From a virus (lineage: Duplodnaviria; Caudoviricetes): a stretch of DNA of 27,595 bases. The position numbers were made by a program, and so were the translations under genes. Within the stretch, counting starts at the first letter, position 1. Every line of letters starts with the position of its first letter. The DNA lies in IMG/VR virus record IMGVR_UViG_3300012359_000045, positions 1-27,595 of that record. One strand, 5' to 3'. Below, in pieces: positions 1 through 8,337 of the stretch. The notes under the pieces are model-generated. The model ran no database searches. It worked only from the letters and a program-made list of their open reading frames with translations, and was not told the origin of the DNA.

Positions 1-51
1 GCCAGACGCCATTTTTCTTCAAGTCACAGTCACTTACAGTGGGTGATCCGG

Positions 52-360
52 ATGTCAACGTCGGCCGAGCGGATGCGGACCCACCGCGGCCACAAAAAGG
101 GCGACCATTCAGCCTGCGATTCACGGCGGTGCCGTGAACGCCAGCATATCGAGCGGGATAACGATCTCCGCCTGCTCGCCCTGGCGACCCTCGACGAGCT
201 GAATGAGCGGGGAATCGATCCCGGCACCTATTTCATCCACGACTGGAAGGACAGCCGGGAACTGGCGGGACTGGAGGCTGTCCCCTGGCTGGATACCGAG
301 CCTGACTTTCTTCACAGACTCCAGGCCAAAGTGGATGTTGACAATTTCGTGTTCACGTGA
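52..360 (+). CDS. Hypothetical protein, possible terminase small subunit-like
   Basis: ATG at 52 (GTG at 43 is an alternative). N-terminus AERMRTHRGHKKGDHSAC resembles first genes of actinophage packaging modules. It lies upstream of TerL and no other TerS candidate is evident. Confidence 0.45.
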   Translation: MSTSAERMRTHRGHKKGDHSACDSRRCRERQHIERDNDLRLLALATLDELNERGIDPGTYFIHDWKDSRELAGLEAVPWLDTEPDFLHRLQAKVDVDNFVFT

Positions 361-363
361 CAA

Positions 364-709
364 CAGGTATTTCGATGGGGATGTTCACCCGGCGGGTTGC
401 AGCTCGGTGCGATGAGAAGTTGCGTGGGAGCCATCCTAAGCGAAGTAGCCGGGACCGGCTTGAGAGCTGAAACCCCTGCTCCATAAGGATTTCAGCCCGA
501 AAGGGCCTGGACATGGGCAACCTTGGTAAGGGTCCCGTTTTGTAATCACGCGACCTGCGGAAACTACGGAGAGCAAACCCCCTCTGACCTGGGAAATTGT
601 CACAGAGCCATCCTAAGCGAGGTAGCGTCTCCTGGACGCTGACGAAACAGGCTCCAGGCGGGGCCGGGCTGGAACGGCAGGTGCTTCAATGGGGATGTTC
701 GCCTGGAGG
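364..709 (+). repeat. Nested direct repeats A-B-core-B-A in a non-coding region
   Basis: A: 364-395 vs 678-709 (26/32 identical, core ATGGGGATGTTC). B: 428-449 vs 605-626 (GAGCCATCCTAAGCGARGTAGC, 21/22 identical). Confidence 0.85.
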
Positions 710-1093
710 AAGAAACCGGGGTCTTCTCTCGCGGTAACCCGGCGGAGCTGTGATCGTTGCGGCGCACGGGCCTCACATCAGGTGGACGTCGGAAGGGGCA
801 GCCTGTATTTCTGCGGGCACCATTTCCGTAAGCATTCCGGGCATATTTTTGCCCGGGGATATCCGGTCAAAGAATTGCAGAGAACATTATGCGCCGCCGC
901 AGGCGGACCATTGCCGAGCGCCGTATCAGGCTGTGGAACCAGCAGAACGGCCTCTGCGGGGTATGCCTCCTCCCCCTCGATTATGAGGAGACAGTGGTCG
1001 ACCATGACCACGCTCACTGCGACACGGATTCCCGCCAGGCTTGCGGGGATTGTGATCGCGGGGCGCTGCACTCCTCATGCAACCTGCTGCTAG
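689..1093 (+). CDS. Small Cys/His Zn-binding protein (CDRCGA...LYFCGHH); the protein-like part ends near 889
   Basis: CxxC and FCGHH motifs resemble a small actinobacterial Zn-finger family. SD-like CAGGTG lies upstream. Codons after the TTA at 887-889 overlap the EndoVII gene and look like shadow sequence. Confidence 0.6.
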   Translation: MGMFAWRKKPGSSLAVTRRSCDRCGARASHQVDVGRGSLYFCGHHFRKHSGHIFARGYPVKELQRTLCAAAGGPLPSAVSGCGTSRTASAGYASSPSIMRRQWSTMTTLTATRIPARLAGIVIAGRCTPHATCC

Positions 1094-1179
1094 GCCACGC
1101 TAACGATAATGCCGAGCTGCTGGAAAAGGCTATCCAGTATCTCCGGAGGAGGGCTGTCAGGCAATGTTCCTTGTCATAG
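889..1179 (+). CDS. Recombination endonuclease VII-family nuclease
   Basis: QNGLCGVC...VVDHDH...RGALHSSCNLLLG..DN...L.KAIQYL is the Endonuclease_7 signature. Confidence 0.88.
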   Translation: MRRRRRTIAERRIRLWNQQNGLCGVCLLPLDYEETVVDHDHAHCDTDSRQACGDCDRGALHSSCNLLLGHANDNAELLEKAIQYLRRRAVRQCSLS

Positions 1180-1289
1180 GGCTGATTATCCTGCTTTTCG
1201 GCGGGCTGGTCATCCTTCCCCACACGCTATGGCTGCTATTGGCTGTTGTCTTGACAGTCCTTATCATACTTGCCGTCACGCACCGTTAA
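1164..1289 (+). CDS. 41-aa two-helix membrane microprotein (absent from the ORF track)
   Basis: Translates as MFLVIGLIILLFGGLVILPHTLWLLLAVVLTVLIILAVTHR*. GGAGGAGG at 1145-1152. It fills the gap between EndoVII and the next gene. Confidence 0.7.
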   Translation: MFLVIGLIILLFGGLVILPHTLWLLLAVVLTVLIILAVTHR

Positions 1290-1302
1290 AAGGATATATG
1301 CC

Positions 1303-3483
1303 TTGAAGGCTTTTTTCAGGTTCTGCCTGCCTCTTCTCCTGGTTACCGGGCTGGTTTCCGGGGTTCTTGCTGTCTCCGCCGCACCCGGCCGGGCGGCGGT
1401 GCATAAGACCATGGTAATCCTTGAGGAGAACCATAACCGTACCCAGGCCGAGGCAGGAATGCCCTATCTTGTCTCCCTGGAAAACCAGTTTGGCAAGGCG
1501 ACGGGATACAATGCCATTACTCACCCGTCCCTGCCCAACTATCTTGCCATCTGGGGCGGGTCCACTTTCGGGGTAACCTCCGATTGCAGTGTCGGTTCCA
1601 GCGGATGCATCCCGAGTCCTCCGTCTGCCTGGGGCCAGGCGCTGGCCGCGGGGAGCACGGCTAAGGCATATCAGGAGTCAATGACCTCCAATTGCCAGAC
1701 TGGCGGGTCGGGCAGTTATGCCCCCCGTCACGGGCCGTGGCCTTACTGGACGGACAGCACGGAACGCGCAGGCTGCAATGCCAATGACGTTCCGATGGGA
1801 ACGACTGTCAGCGGCAATCTCCTGAATGACATAAATTCGGGCAGCCTGCCGGTTACCGGCGAAATGACCCCAAACCTGTGCAATGACGCCCATGATTCCT
1901 GCGGCGGGGATGCACTTGCCCACGCGGACGCCTGGCTCCAGGGATGGGTGCCAAAGCTCATGGCCGGGCCTGATTACCAGGCCGGTAATCTCACGATTAT
2001 AGTCACCTTCGACGAAGGTGACTCCAACCAGAACGTTCTTTTCGCGGTAATCGACCCGGGCCTGTCGGCAAAGGTCGTCACCGGATCCTTCAACCACTAT
2101 GCTCTCACCCGCTGGCTCGATGACAACGCGGGCGTCTCCGAGTTGCGCAATGCCGCTTCGGCCGGGGATCTCCGTGCGGCGTTCGGCCTGGGCGGCCCCG
2201 TGCAGCCTATGGCGCCGGCCGTGACCACAGGAGCAGCTTCCGGTGTGGGCCAGACCACGGCAACACTCAATGGCGCGGTGAACCCCGAAGGGCAGGCTAC
2301 CGCCTACCAGTTTGATTACGGCACCACCACGGCATATGGCACTTCCGTGCCCTCTCCGGCGGGTTCGGCGGGGAGCGGGACCACGGCGGTCAGTGAAAGC
2401 TCCAGCCTGGCAGGACTTACCGCAAGCACCACCTACCATTACCGGATTGAGGCTACTAATGCCACTGGCACGAGCTTCGGAGCGGACCAGTCGTTTACCA
2501 CCGCGGCGGTCCAGGGAAACTGCCCTGTTACCGGGACCACGTCCCAGGAACAGGACCTGGCATCGGCAATCTGCAATGTGCCTGCCGATGCCCAGTATGA
2601 CCTTCATGACTCGGCGGGCCACTCAATGGATACCATGAAGGTTGTCTCCACTTCAGGCGGGACGCCTGCCTTCGTGGCAGTTTATCATACTTGCGCAGTA
2701 TCGCCCTGCCAGGTTCTGCTAGGCGGGTCGAGCGATCTTCGCACGTGGACCTATGAAGGCCAGCTCACGGCCGGCGGCGGGTCCCAGCCAGCAATCAAGA
2801 GGCTGACAGACGGCTCCTACCTGATGCCTTACGAGGGTGTCTCCCCCAGCCATGTAACCGTGAACTGGTATCCTACCCTGGCGGACCTGCTGGCAGGCAA
2901 CAGCACCCGGAGTTACAGCCTGCCTAACACCCTGGGTACCTGCCAGGGAACCCCTAACATTTACAGCCCGGTCGGATACACTAACCCGGACAGCTCACTG
3001 TTCACCCTCGGTTTCCATGAATCGCAATGCGGGGATGACAGGGAGGCCACGACAAAGATCACCAATTTCGCGTCGTCTTGCGAGTCGGTGTCCGATTGGC
3101 TGAACACCGCGTTGCAAGGCCAGGGCGCGGCAGGCAAGCTGGGTGACCGTGATGCCGTCTGGCATGGCGCGCATCTTTTCGACGTTGTCGAAGGGAATAC
3201 CAGCACGACATACTCGCCCGCTAACTGGCGCTTGTATCTGTACGGGTTCACGGAGAACGGCGCGGTGCAGCTGCCTGTCCATACTGCTGGCGGGTCCACG
3301 GCGTTCGAGAACCCTACCGTATCGGCTCTCACCATCGGTGGCGTGAATAAGCTGGTGATCAGCCTGTTCATTCCCTCCGAAGGAGCGGCACCGGGCGAAG
3401 CCGGGGAGTTGCTGTACACGGTTCCTGATACCCTGGGTCCTGGTCAGAGTGCCCTTCCGGCGGTTCTGCAGAATGCCTGCTGA
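1303..3483 (+). CDS. Secreted phosphoesterase (SapM/AcpA-like, alkaline phosphatase superfamily) + FN3-like domain + uncharacterised C-terminal domain
   Basis: TTG start at 1303 after AAGGA, then a signal peptide (MKAFFRFCLPLLLVTGLVSGVLAVSAA). Motifs ILEENH, HPSLPNYLA, YAPRHGPW, PNLCNDAHD, IIVTFDEG and NHYAL (about 1402-2190). FN3-like TATLNGAVNP...YHYRIEATN (about 2212-2502). Confidence 0.85.
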   Translation: MKAFFRFCLPLLLVTGLVSGVLAVSAAPGRAAVHKTMVILEENHNRTQAEAGMPYLVSLENQFGKATGYNAITHPSLPNYLAIWGGSTFGVTSDCSVGSSGCIPSPPSAWGQALAAGSTAKAYQESMTSNCQTGGSGSYAPRHGPWPYWTDSTERAGCNANDVPMGTTVSGNLLNDINSGSLPVTGEMTPNLCNDAHDSCGGDALAHADAWLQGWVPKLMAGPDYQAGNLTIIVTFDEGDSNQNVLFAVIDPGLSAKVVTGSFNHYALTRWLDDNAGVSELRNAASAGDLRAAFGLGGPVQPMAPAVTTGAASGVGQTTATLNGAVNPEGQATAYQFDYGTTTAYGTSVPSPAGSAGSGTTAVSESSSLAGLTASTTYHYRIEATNATGTSFGADQSFTTAAVQGNCPVTGTTSQEQDLASAICNVPADAQYDLHDSAGHSMDTMKVVSTSGGTPAFVAVYHTCAVSPCQVLLGGSSDLRTWTYEGQLTAGGGSQPAIKRLTDGSYLMPYEGVSPSHVTVNWYPTLADLLAGNSTRSYSLPNTLGTCQGTPNIYSPVGYTNPDSSLFTLGFHESQCGDDREATTKITNFASSCESVSDWLNTALQGQGAAGKLGDRDAVWHGAHLFDVVEGNTSTTYSPANWRLYLYGFTENGAVQLPVHTAGGSTAFENPTVSALTIGGVNKLVISLFIPSEGAAPGEAGELLYTVPDTLGPGQSALPAVLQNAC

Positions 3484-3486
3484 TGA

Positions 3487-5136
3487 GTGATGCTGATCGG
3501 CAATCAGAGACCGCGGATAGAATATGTCCCGGGTTATTCACGGTCGCGCGGGGAAGACGCGATAGAGCTTTCCCGTAATGCTGGTCTTGACCTCGATGAC
3601 TGGCAGAAATATGTCATCGTCAACTCGCTCGGCACCCGGAACGATGGCAAATGGTCAGCTTTTGAGGTAAAACTCCTGGTACCCCGGCAGGCCGGCAAAG
3701 GATCGATCCTCGAATGCCGGGAACTAGCGGGACTGTTCCTTTTCCGCACGGACCGGCTTCTGCTCCACACAGCTCACGAGCAGCGGACATCCACGGAACA
3801 TTACCACAGGATCTGGTCGCTGATCCAGAATACCCCCGAGCTAGATCGGCGGGTAATGCGCAACAACTCGGCATACGGGCTTGAATCGATCTGGCTCAAA
3901 CCGGGACCGACCGTCATACTGGGCTCGGGTGGTCGTCAGGTTCTCCGTAACGAGTCTTCTCGTCTCCTCTTCATAGCCAGGTCGGGCAGCAGCGGCCGGG
4001 GTTTCACAGGCGATTTCATCGCCTACGACGAAGATATGAAACTGAAGGCTGCGCAGGTCGGGGCGTCTCTTCCCGCGCTCGGTGCCCGGCCTAACCCGCA
4101 GGTTTTCTATGCTGGTTCCGCGGGCGACGAGAATTCCGAGCAGGTCGGCCTGATAAGGCGGCGGGGCATAGAGGCAGCCGAGTCAGGGCATTCACCCGGA
4201 CGGTTGTTCTTTGCTGAGTGGTCTATCAACTGGCATACCGAGTATTGCAATCCGGATTGCACTGAGCATGACGATCCCGAAGATGAGCGTTCGGTAGCCA
4301 GGGCGAATCCGTCTTACAACGTCCGCCGCATGCCCTTCACGATAGCGGCCGAGCGGGACGCGCTGTCATCAGCGCAGTTCGAGCGGGAAATCCTCGGGGT
4401 GGGTAAATACCCGGTTCCGGGGGATGCGTGGATGGTCATCCCCAAAAAATGGTTCACGGCAACCACGGATGATACGGGGGAACCTCCCCGGGTGAGGTTC
4501 CCCGTATTTGCTATCGAGGTAGCGCAGGACAGGGGGTCGGCATCAATATCCGTGGCCGGCCTCAGGCCTGACGGCCGGATCGGCTTGCAGGTCACCGACC
4601 ACCGCGAGCATACCGGGTGGATCATGAGCAGGGCCGGGGAAATCCAGGATAAATGGTCGCCGGCAGCCTGGATCGTAGATAAGCGCGCGGCCACTAACAC
4701 GGTCCTTGTCGAGCTGGAGCGTGCGGGCCTTCCCGTTAAGACGATGACTGCCACAGATGTGGCCGCGGCCAGCGGCCAGCTGTATGACGCGATGCGGGAC
4801 GACATGGTGAGGCATTACGGGCAGCTGGCGCTCCGCACGGCCCTGGCAGCGGTTACCACGAGGAACCTGTCGGAATCGTGGGCCTTTGACCGGATTAATT
4901 CAGCAGCCGACCAGACTCCTCTCATGTCTGCCGCGTTCGCTTACTGGGGTTACATGAAATACGGTGCTGAGGAAGATTACGACGCCGCCGGTTCGGTGCA
5001 TTTTGACCTGGCGGAAATAAGGCGTCTTTACCGGCTAGGGATTTACGGTCCGGACGACCTCCGGCGTCTATACGAGGAAGACTTGATCAGTGATAAAGAC
5101 ATTGAAAAACTGGCTGGCGAAGGACTTTTCTCCTGA
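3487..5136 (+). CDS. terL: Terminase large subunit
   Basis: Walker A VPRQAGKGS, LLHTAH, SGRGFTGDFIAYDE (Walker B), ANPSY, FEREILG and a C-terminal nuclease region. Directly upstream of the portal. Confidence 0.93.
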   Translation: MMLIGNQRPRIEYVPGYSRSRGEDAIELSRNAGLDLDDWQKYVIVNSLGTRNDGKWSAFEVKLLVPRQAGKGSILECRELAGLFLFRTDRLLLHTAHEQRTSTEHYHRIWSLIQNTPELDRRVMRNNSAYGLESIWLKPGPTVILGSGGRQVLRNESSRLLFIARSGSSGRGFTGDFIAYDEDMKLKAAQVGASLPALGARPNPQVFYAGSAGDENSEQVGLIRRRGIEAAESGHSPGRLFFAEWSINWHTEYCNPDCTEHDDPEDERSVARANPSYNVRRMPFTIAAERDALSSAQFEREILGVGKYPVPGDAWMVIPKKWFTATTDDTGEPPRVRFPVFAIEVAQDRGSASISVAGLRPDGRIGLQVTDHREHTGWIMSRAGEIQDKWSPAAWIVDKRAATNTVLVELERAGLPVKTMTATDVAAASGQLYDAMRDDMVRHYGQLALRTALAAVTTRNLSESWAFDRINSAADQTPLMSAAFAYWGYMKYGAEEDYDAAGSVHFDLAEIRRLYRLGIYGPDDLRRLYEEDLISDKDIEKLAGEGLFS

Positions 5137-5284
5137 CGTCCCGTTGTCAGTCGTTGCTGTTTACCTCGTGATCCTCGCCGGTGTTGCTTTTATCTCCGCC
5201 GGCGTGTCGCTTTACTCGTTTCCCGCCGGGTTTATCGTGGCGGGTGTCCTGCTGATTCTCATCGCAGTGGATAGCAGGACGTAA
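5090..5284 (+). CDS. Small two-TM membrane protein preceding the portal
   Basis: Hydrophobic ...GVSLYSFPAGFIVAGVLLILIA. TAATG coupling to the portal. The start is uncertain. Confidence 0.7.
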   Translation: MIKTLKNWLAKDFSPDVPLSVVAVYLVILAGVAFISAGVSLYSFPAGFIVAGVLLILIAVDSRT

Positions 5285-6537
5285 TGAGCCTGATCCTGGG
5301 GAAACGCGAGGAACGGTATTTCGGCATCAATACCGTGTCGGATCTTATCCCCCGGCGCATGGTCGGGGGGCGGGTCCCGTATGTTTCCGCCGACCGCGCC
5401 ATGAAGCATTCCGCCTTCTGGGCGGGTATCCGGCTTCGTTCCGACCTGATTTCCACCCTGCCTTTCAAGGCTTACCGGAATGTTCAGCTGGAGGATGGCG
5501 TCTATCATAAGATAGACGCGACCCTGACTCCTTTCATGGCCCGCCCCGATTTCATGGAATGGCGGTCTTCGTCGCAGGCCGAGCTGGACCGTACCGGGAA
5601 CTCGATCGGCGTGATCCGCGGCGGCCCCGACGTTACCAGCACCCAGTTCTATATTGAGCTGTATCCCAGTTCGGCGTGCAGTATCTTCTACGAGCGCGGG
5701 AACAAGAAATACCGGATTGACAACCAGGTTTATGATCCGGCTGAAGTCTGGCACGAAAAGCAGTATACTATCCCGGGTCTTGATGTAGGCTTGTCGCCTG
5801 TAAGCGCCGCGGTTTTTTCGCTGGGTCTTTACGAGTCTATCGAGGAGTTCGCTTCGGACTGGTTTATCGGGGGCGCTACCCCCAGGGCGAGACTTAAGAA
5901 CACCGCCAAGAAGCTGAATTCTAAGGAAGCCACGACAGTTAAGGAATCGTGGCGTGCTTCCCGAGCCGCCGATGAGCCTTTCGTTCACGGGAACGACTGG
6001 GAGTACAGCCTTATTCAGGCAGAGCAGAATGCGTCTAACTGGATCGACGCGATGAAGCTGTCCCTTGAGGATGTGGCGAGGTTCGTGGGGGTCCCGGCGG
6101 ACCTTATCGACGCGGCTGCGGGCGGGCCGAATATTACTTATGCGAACGTGATTCAGCGGAACCTGCAATTCCTTATCATGCATATCGGCCCGGCTGTCCT
6201 GCGCAGGGAGAATAGCCTGAGCCAGCTGCTGCCGAAGCCACGGTTCGTGGAAATGGATTCTAAGGCCCTGCTGAGGATGGACCCGAAGACCCTGGCGGCT
6301 GTTATCCGTACCCAGATTGAGTCCCGTACTCTTTCCCCTAATGAGGCCCGAGAAATGGATAACCGTCCGCCATTCACTGATGATCAGATCCGGGAGTTCG
6401 ACGAGCTTGGCCTCAACCGCCGCGGGACGACTCCTGCTACCTCGCTGGCCCCGGTGCCGGTCAACCCTGCGGATATCAACGCCATCAGCGATCCGGCCGC
6501 ATCTACCGCTAATTCACAAGGAAACTTAGATGGCTAA
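5284..6537 (+). CDS. HK97-family portal protein
   Basis: SAFWAGIRLRSDLISTLP, GLSPV, DVARFVGVPADLI, TYANV, LSPNEAREMDNRPP. Confidence 0.93.
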   Translation: MSLILGKREERYFGINTVSDLIPRRMVGGRVPYVSADRAMKHSAFWAGIRLRSDLISTLPFKAYRNVQLEDGVYHKIDATLTPFMARPDFMEWRSSSQAELDRTGNSIGVIRGGPDVTSTQFYIELYPSSACSIFYERGNKKYRIDNQVYDPAEVWHEKQYTIPGLDVGLSPVSAAVFSLGLYESIEEFASDWFIGGATPRARLKNTAKKLNSKEATTVKESWRASRAADEPFVHGNDWEYSLIQAEQNASNWIDAMKLSLEDVARFVGVPADLIDAAAGGPNITYANVIQRNLQFLIMHIGPAVLRRENSLSQLLPKPRFVEMDSKALLRMDPKTLAAVIRTQIESRTLSPNEAREMDNRPPFTDDQIREFDELGLNRRGTTPATSLAPVPVNPADINAISDPAASTANSQGNLDG

Positions 6538-7957
6538 AGTAGACAATTCTGCCTGGAATGCCAGCGAAGCGTGGGCTAATGGTTCTGCCTCGGATGATCC
6601 TGAGGCTTTTTTCCGGGGGATCTGCGCTGGGGAGAAAACCACGGGGAAGCCGGATACCCAAGCTCACTGGGCGTTGCCTCATCACTATCATCCGGGTGAT
6701 CCGCCTAATGCCGCGGGCGTGCGTAACGGCCTGTCACGTATCGGCCAGACTCAGGGACTTGTCAGCAAGACCGCGGCACAGGCCCATCTGGATAACCACA
6801 TGGAAGACATCCAGGCGGCAGAAAAGGCTGCCAGGCCGGGAGGTATCCGGGCTAAGCGCGCCGCTGGGGGCTTTCCGGGGGACCGGGGGAGGATCCGTTC
6901 TTTCCCGGGCAGCAATATGCGGGCCGCCCTGGTAACCAAGGACGGGAAGTCCTTTTACGAGTTCGAAGGTTTCGCCGCCATCTTCGACAAGTCCTACCCG
7001 ATGTATGACATGTTCGGCAAATATGAAGAGACCATGGGCGGGAAGGCTCTTAACAAGTCCCTGGCAAATAACCCCGATGTTGCCTTCCTGACTAATCATC
7101 GTGGTATCACCATGGCCAGGACGACCAACGAAACCCTGGATATCCGGAAGGCAAAGAGGCCGGATGACGGGGAGACAGGACTCAAGGTTCATGCTTTCCT
7201 GAACGCTGACCGGCAGGATGTGCGGGACCTGGCCAGTGCCATACACGACGAGCTTGTCACTGAAATGTCCTTCGCGTTCCTGCTGAACGACGGCGAATGG
7301 AACGACGATTACGATGAGTTCACGATTACCGAGGCGGATATTAATCGCGGGGATGTATCGGCTGTCAATTACGGGGCGAACCCTTACACGTCTATTTCGG
7401 CCCGCGCGGAGGAAATGAACCGGTTTCTCCGGGAGGCACCTGCTTACGTTATCCGCGGCGGTCTCCAGACCGTTTCCGAACGGGCTGACAGCGACGAGTT
7501 TGCTTCGGCTTCACGAGCGCTTGCCAGGGAGGCTACCCGGCATTACCTGAATGCTGCCCGCAGGCTGGATTCTATTAAGTCCGGTATCGCCAGCGGGGCC
7601 GTAACCGGGAAGGGCAGCCGGGCACCGGGGGTTGCCGGGGAGGACCCGTCTTCGCTCGTAATCGGGCTGGATGCCGTTCTTGACCAGGCCAATGTCCTCG
7701 TAGCTTCCATGGATGAGGCTGCCTTTAAGGCCTTGCCTCCTGACGTGCAGCAGGCGATCGATCTCCTGATGGGCGCGGACACGATTGTTGACGAGCTTAT
7801 GGAAGCACTGGGAATTTACGATCCGGACGAGCCTGCTGAATTGACCCAGGACAGGCCTGCGGAGCATCGTAAGCTGCCGGGCGAGACCACCGCGGGAAAG
7901 ACCGGCAAGTCCCTGCGCATCTGGCAGATGCGCATGAAGGGACAAGAGTACCGATGA
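6530..7957 (+). CDS. HK97-family prohead protease with N- and C-terminal extensions
   Basis: FEGFAAIFD, FLTNH (catalytic His), EMSFAF (catalytic Ser), DVSAVNYGANPYT. Confidence 0.9.
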   Translation: MAKVDNSAWNASEAWANGSASDDPEAFFRGICAGEKTTGKPDTQAHWALPHHYHPGDPPNAAGVRNGLSRIGQTQGLVSKTAAQAHLDNHMEDIQAAEKAARPGGIRAKRAAGGFPGDRGRIRSFPGSNMRAALVTKDGKSFYEFEGFAAIFDKSYPMYDMFGKYEETMGGKALNKSLANNPDVAFLTNHRGITMARTTNETLDIRKAKRPDDGETGLKVHAFLNADRQDVRDLASAIHDELVTEMSFAFLLNDGEWNDDYDEFTITEADINRGDVSAVNYGANPYTSISARAEEMNRFLREAPAYVIRGGLQTVSERADSDEFASASRALAREATRHYLNAARRLDSIKSGIASGAVTGKGSRAPGVAGEDPSSLVIGLDAVLDQANVLVASMDEAAFKALPPDVQQAIDLLMGADTIVDELMEALGIYDPDEPAELTQDRPAEHRKLPGETTAGKTGKSLRIWQMRMKGQEYR

Positions 7958-8331
7958 GGCAGATGGTCCAGGTGGCACCCTATCCGGAAGAACTGGAGAC
8001 GGTTCTCAGCGGCCTGGATTTCAGGTTCCCCGGCTGGGCGTTCGAGTTGCGGGACATGCCTAAGCATGCGGGTGCCCGCGGGCTGACGCTGGTGATAACC
8101 CATGAAACCACGGACGCTTATAACCCCGGCAAGCCGTATACGGTTACGCACCCGATGAGTGTCCCCCCGGCATCCCATGATGAGCGTAACTGGGCTAGAT
8201 GGGTCCTGGAAATGATCCTGCTCGTGCAGCGGCACGAGGCAATGGAAGCATTCGTGGTGAACGGCCGGAGGCCGTTCCCTCCCGGCCATGGCGGCGGGCA
8301 CGACCCGTATTATCCTATCACGATTTATTAA
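7954..8331 (+). CDS. Hypothetical phage protein
   Basis: ATGA coupling to the protease. C-terminal RHEAMEAF...PF.PGHG..DPY. Confidence 0.7.
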   Translation: MRQMVQVAPYPEELETVLSGLDFRFPGWAFELRDMPKHAGARGLTLVITHETTDAYNPGKPYTVTHPMSVPPASHDERNWARWVLEMILLVQRHEAMEAFVVNGRRPFPPGHGGGHDPYYPITIY

Positions 8332-8337
8332 AGGCTT

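Noticed and set aside
451-536. TPP riboswitch resemblance (UGAGA...CCUG...AAGGG)
   Set aside because: The conserved CUGAGA, AUACCC and CUGAU elements are not properly present, and no thiamine gene follows.
428-626. B repeats as a CRISPR array
   Set aside because: Only two copies, 177 nt apart, and no cas genes.
619-650. Hammerhead-like GUA-hairpin-CUGACGAAAC (similar arrangement at 445-473)
   Set aside because: There is no stem II between CUGANGA and GAAA, and stem III cannot extend, so the core is incomplete.
1251-1280. TTGACA -35 promoter element
   Set aside because: No -10 hexamer at 16-18 nt spacing, and it lies inside the 41-aa ORF.
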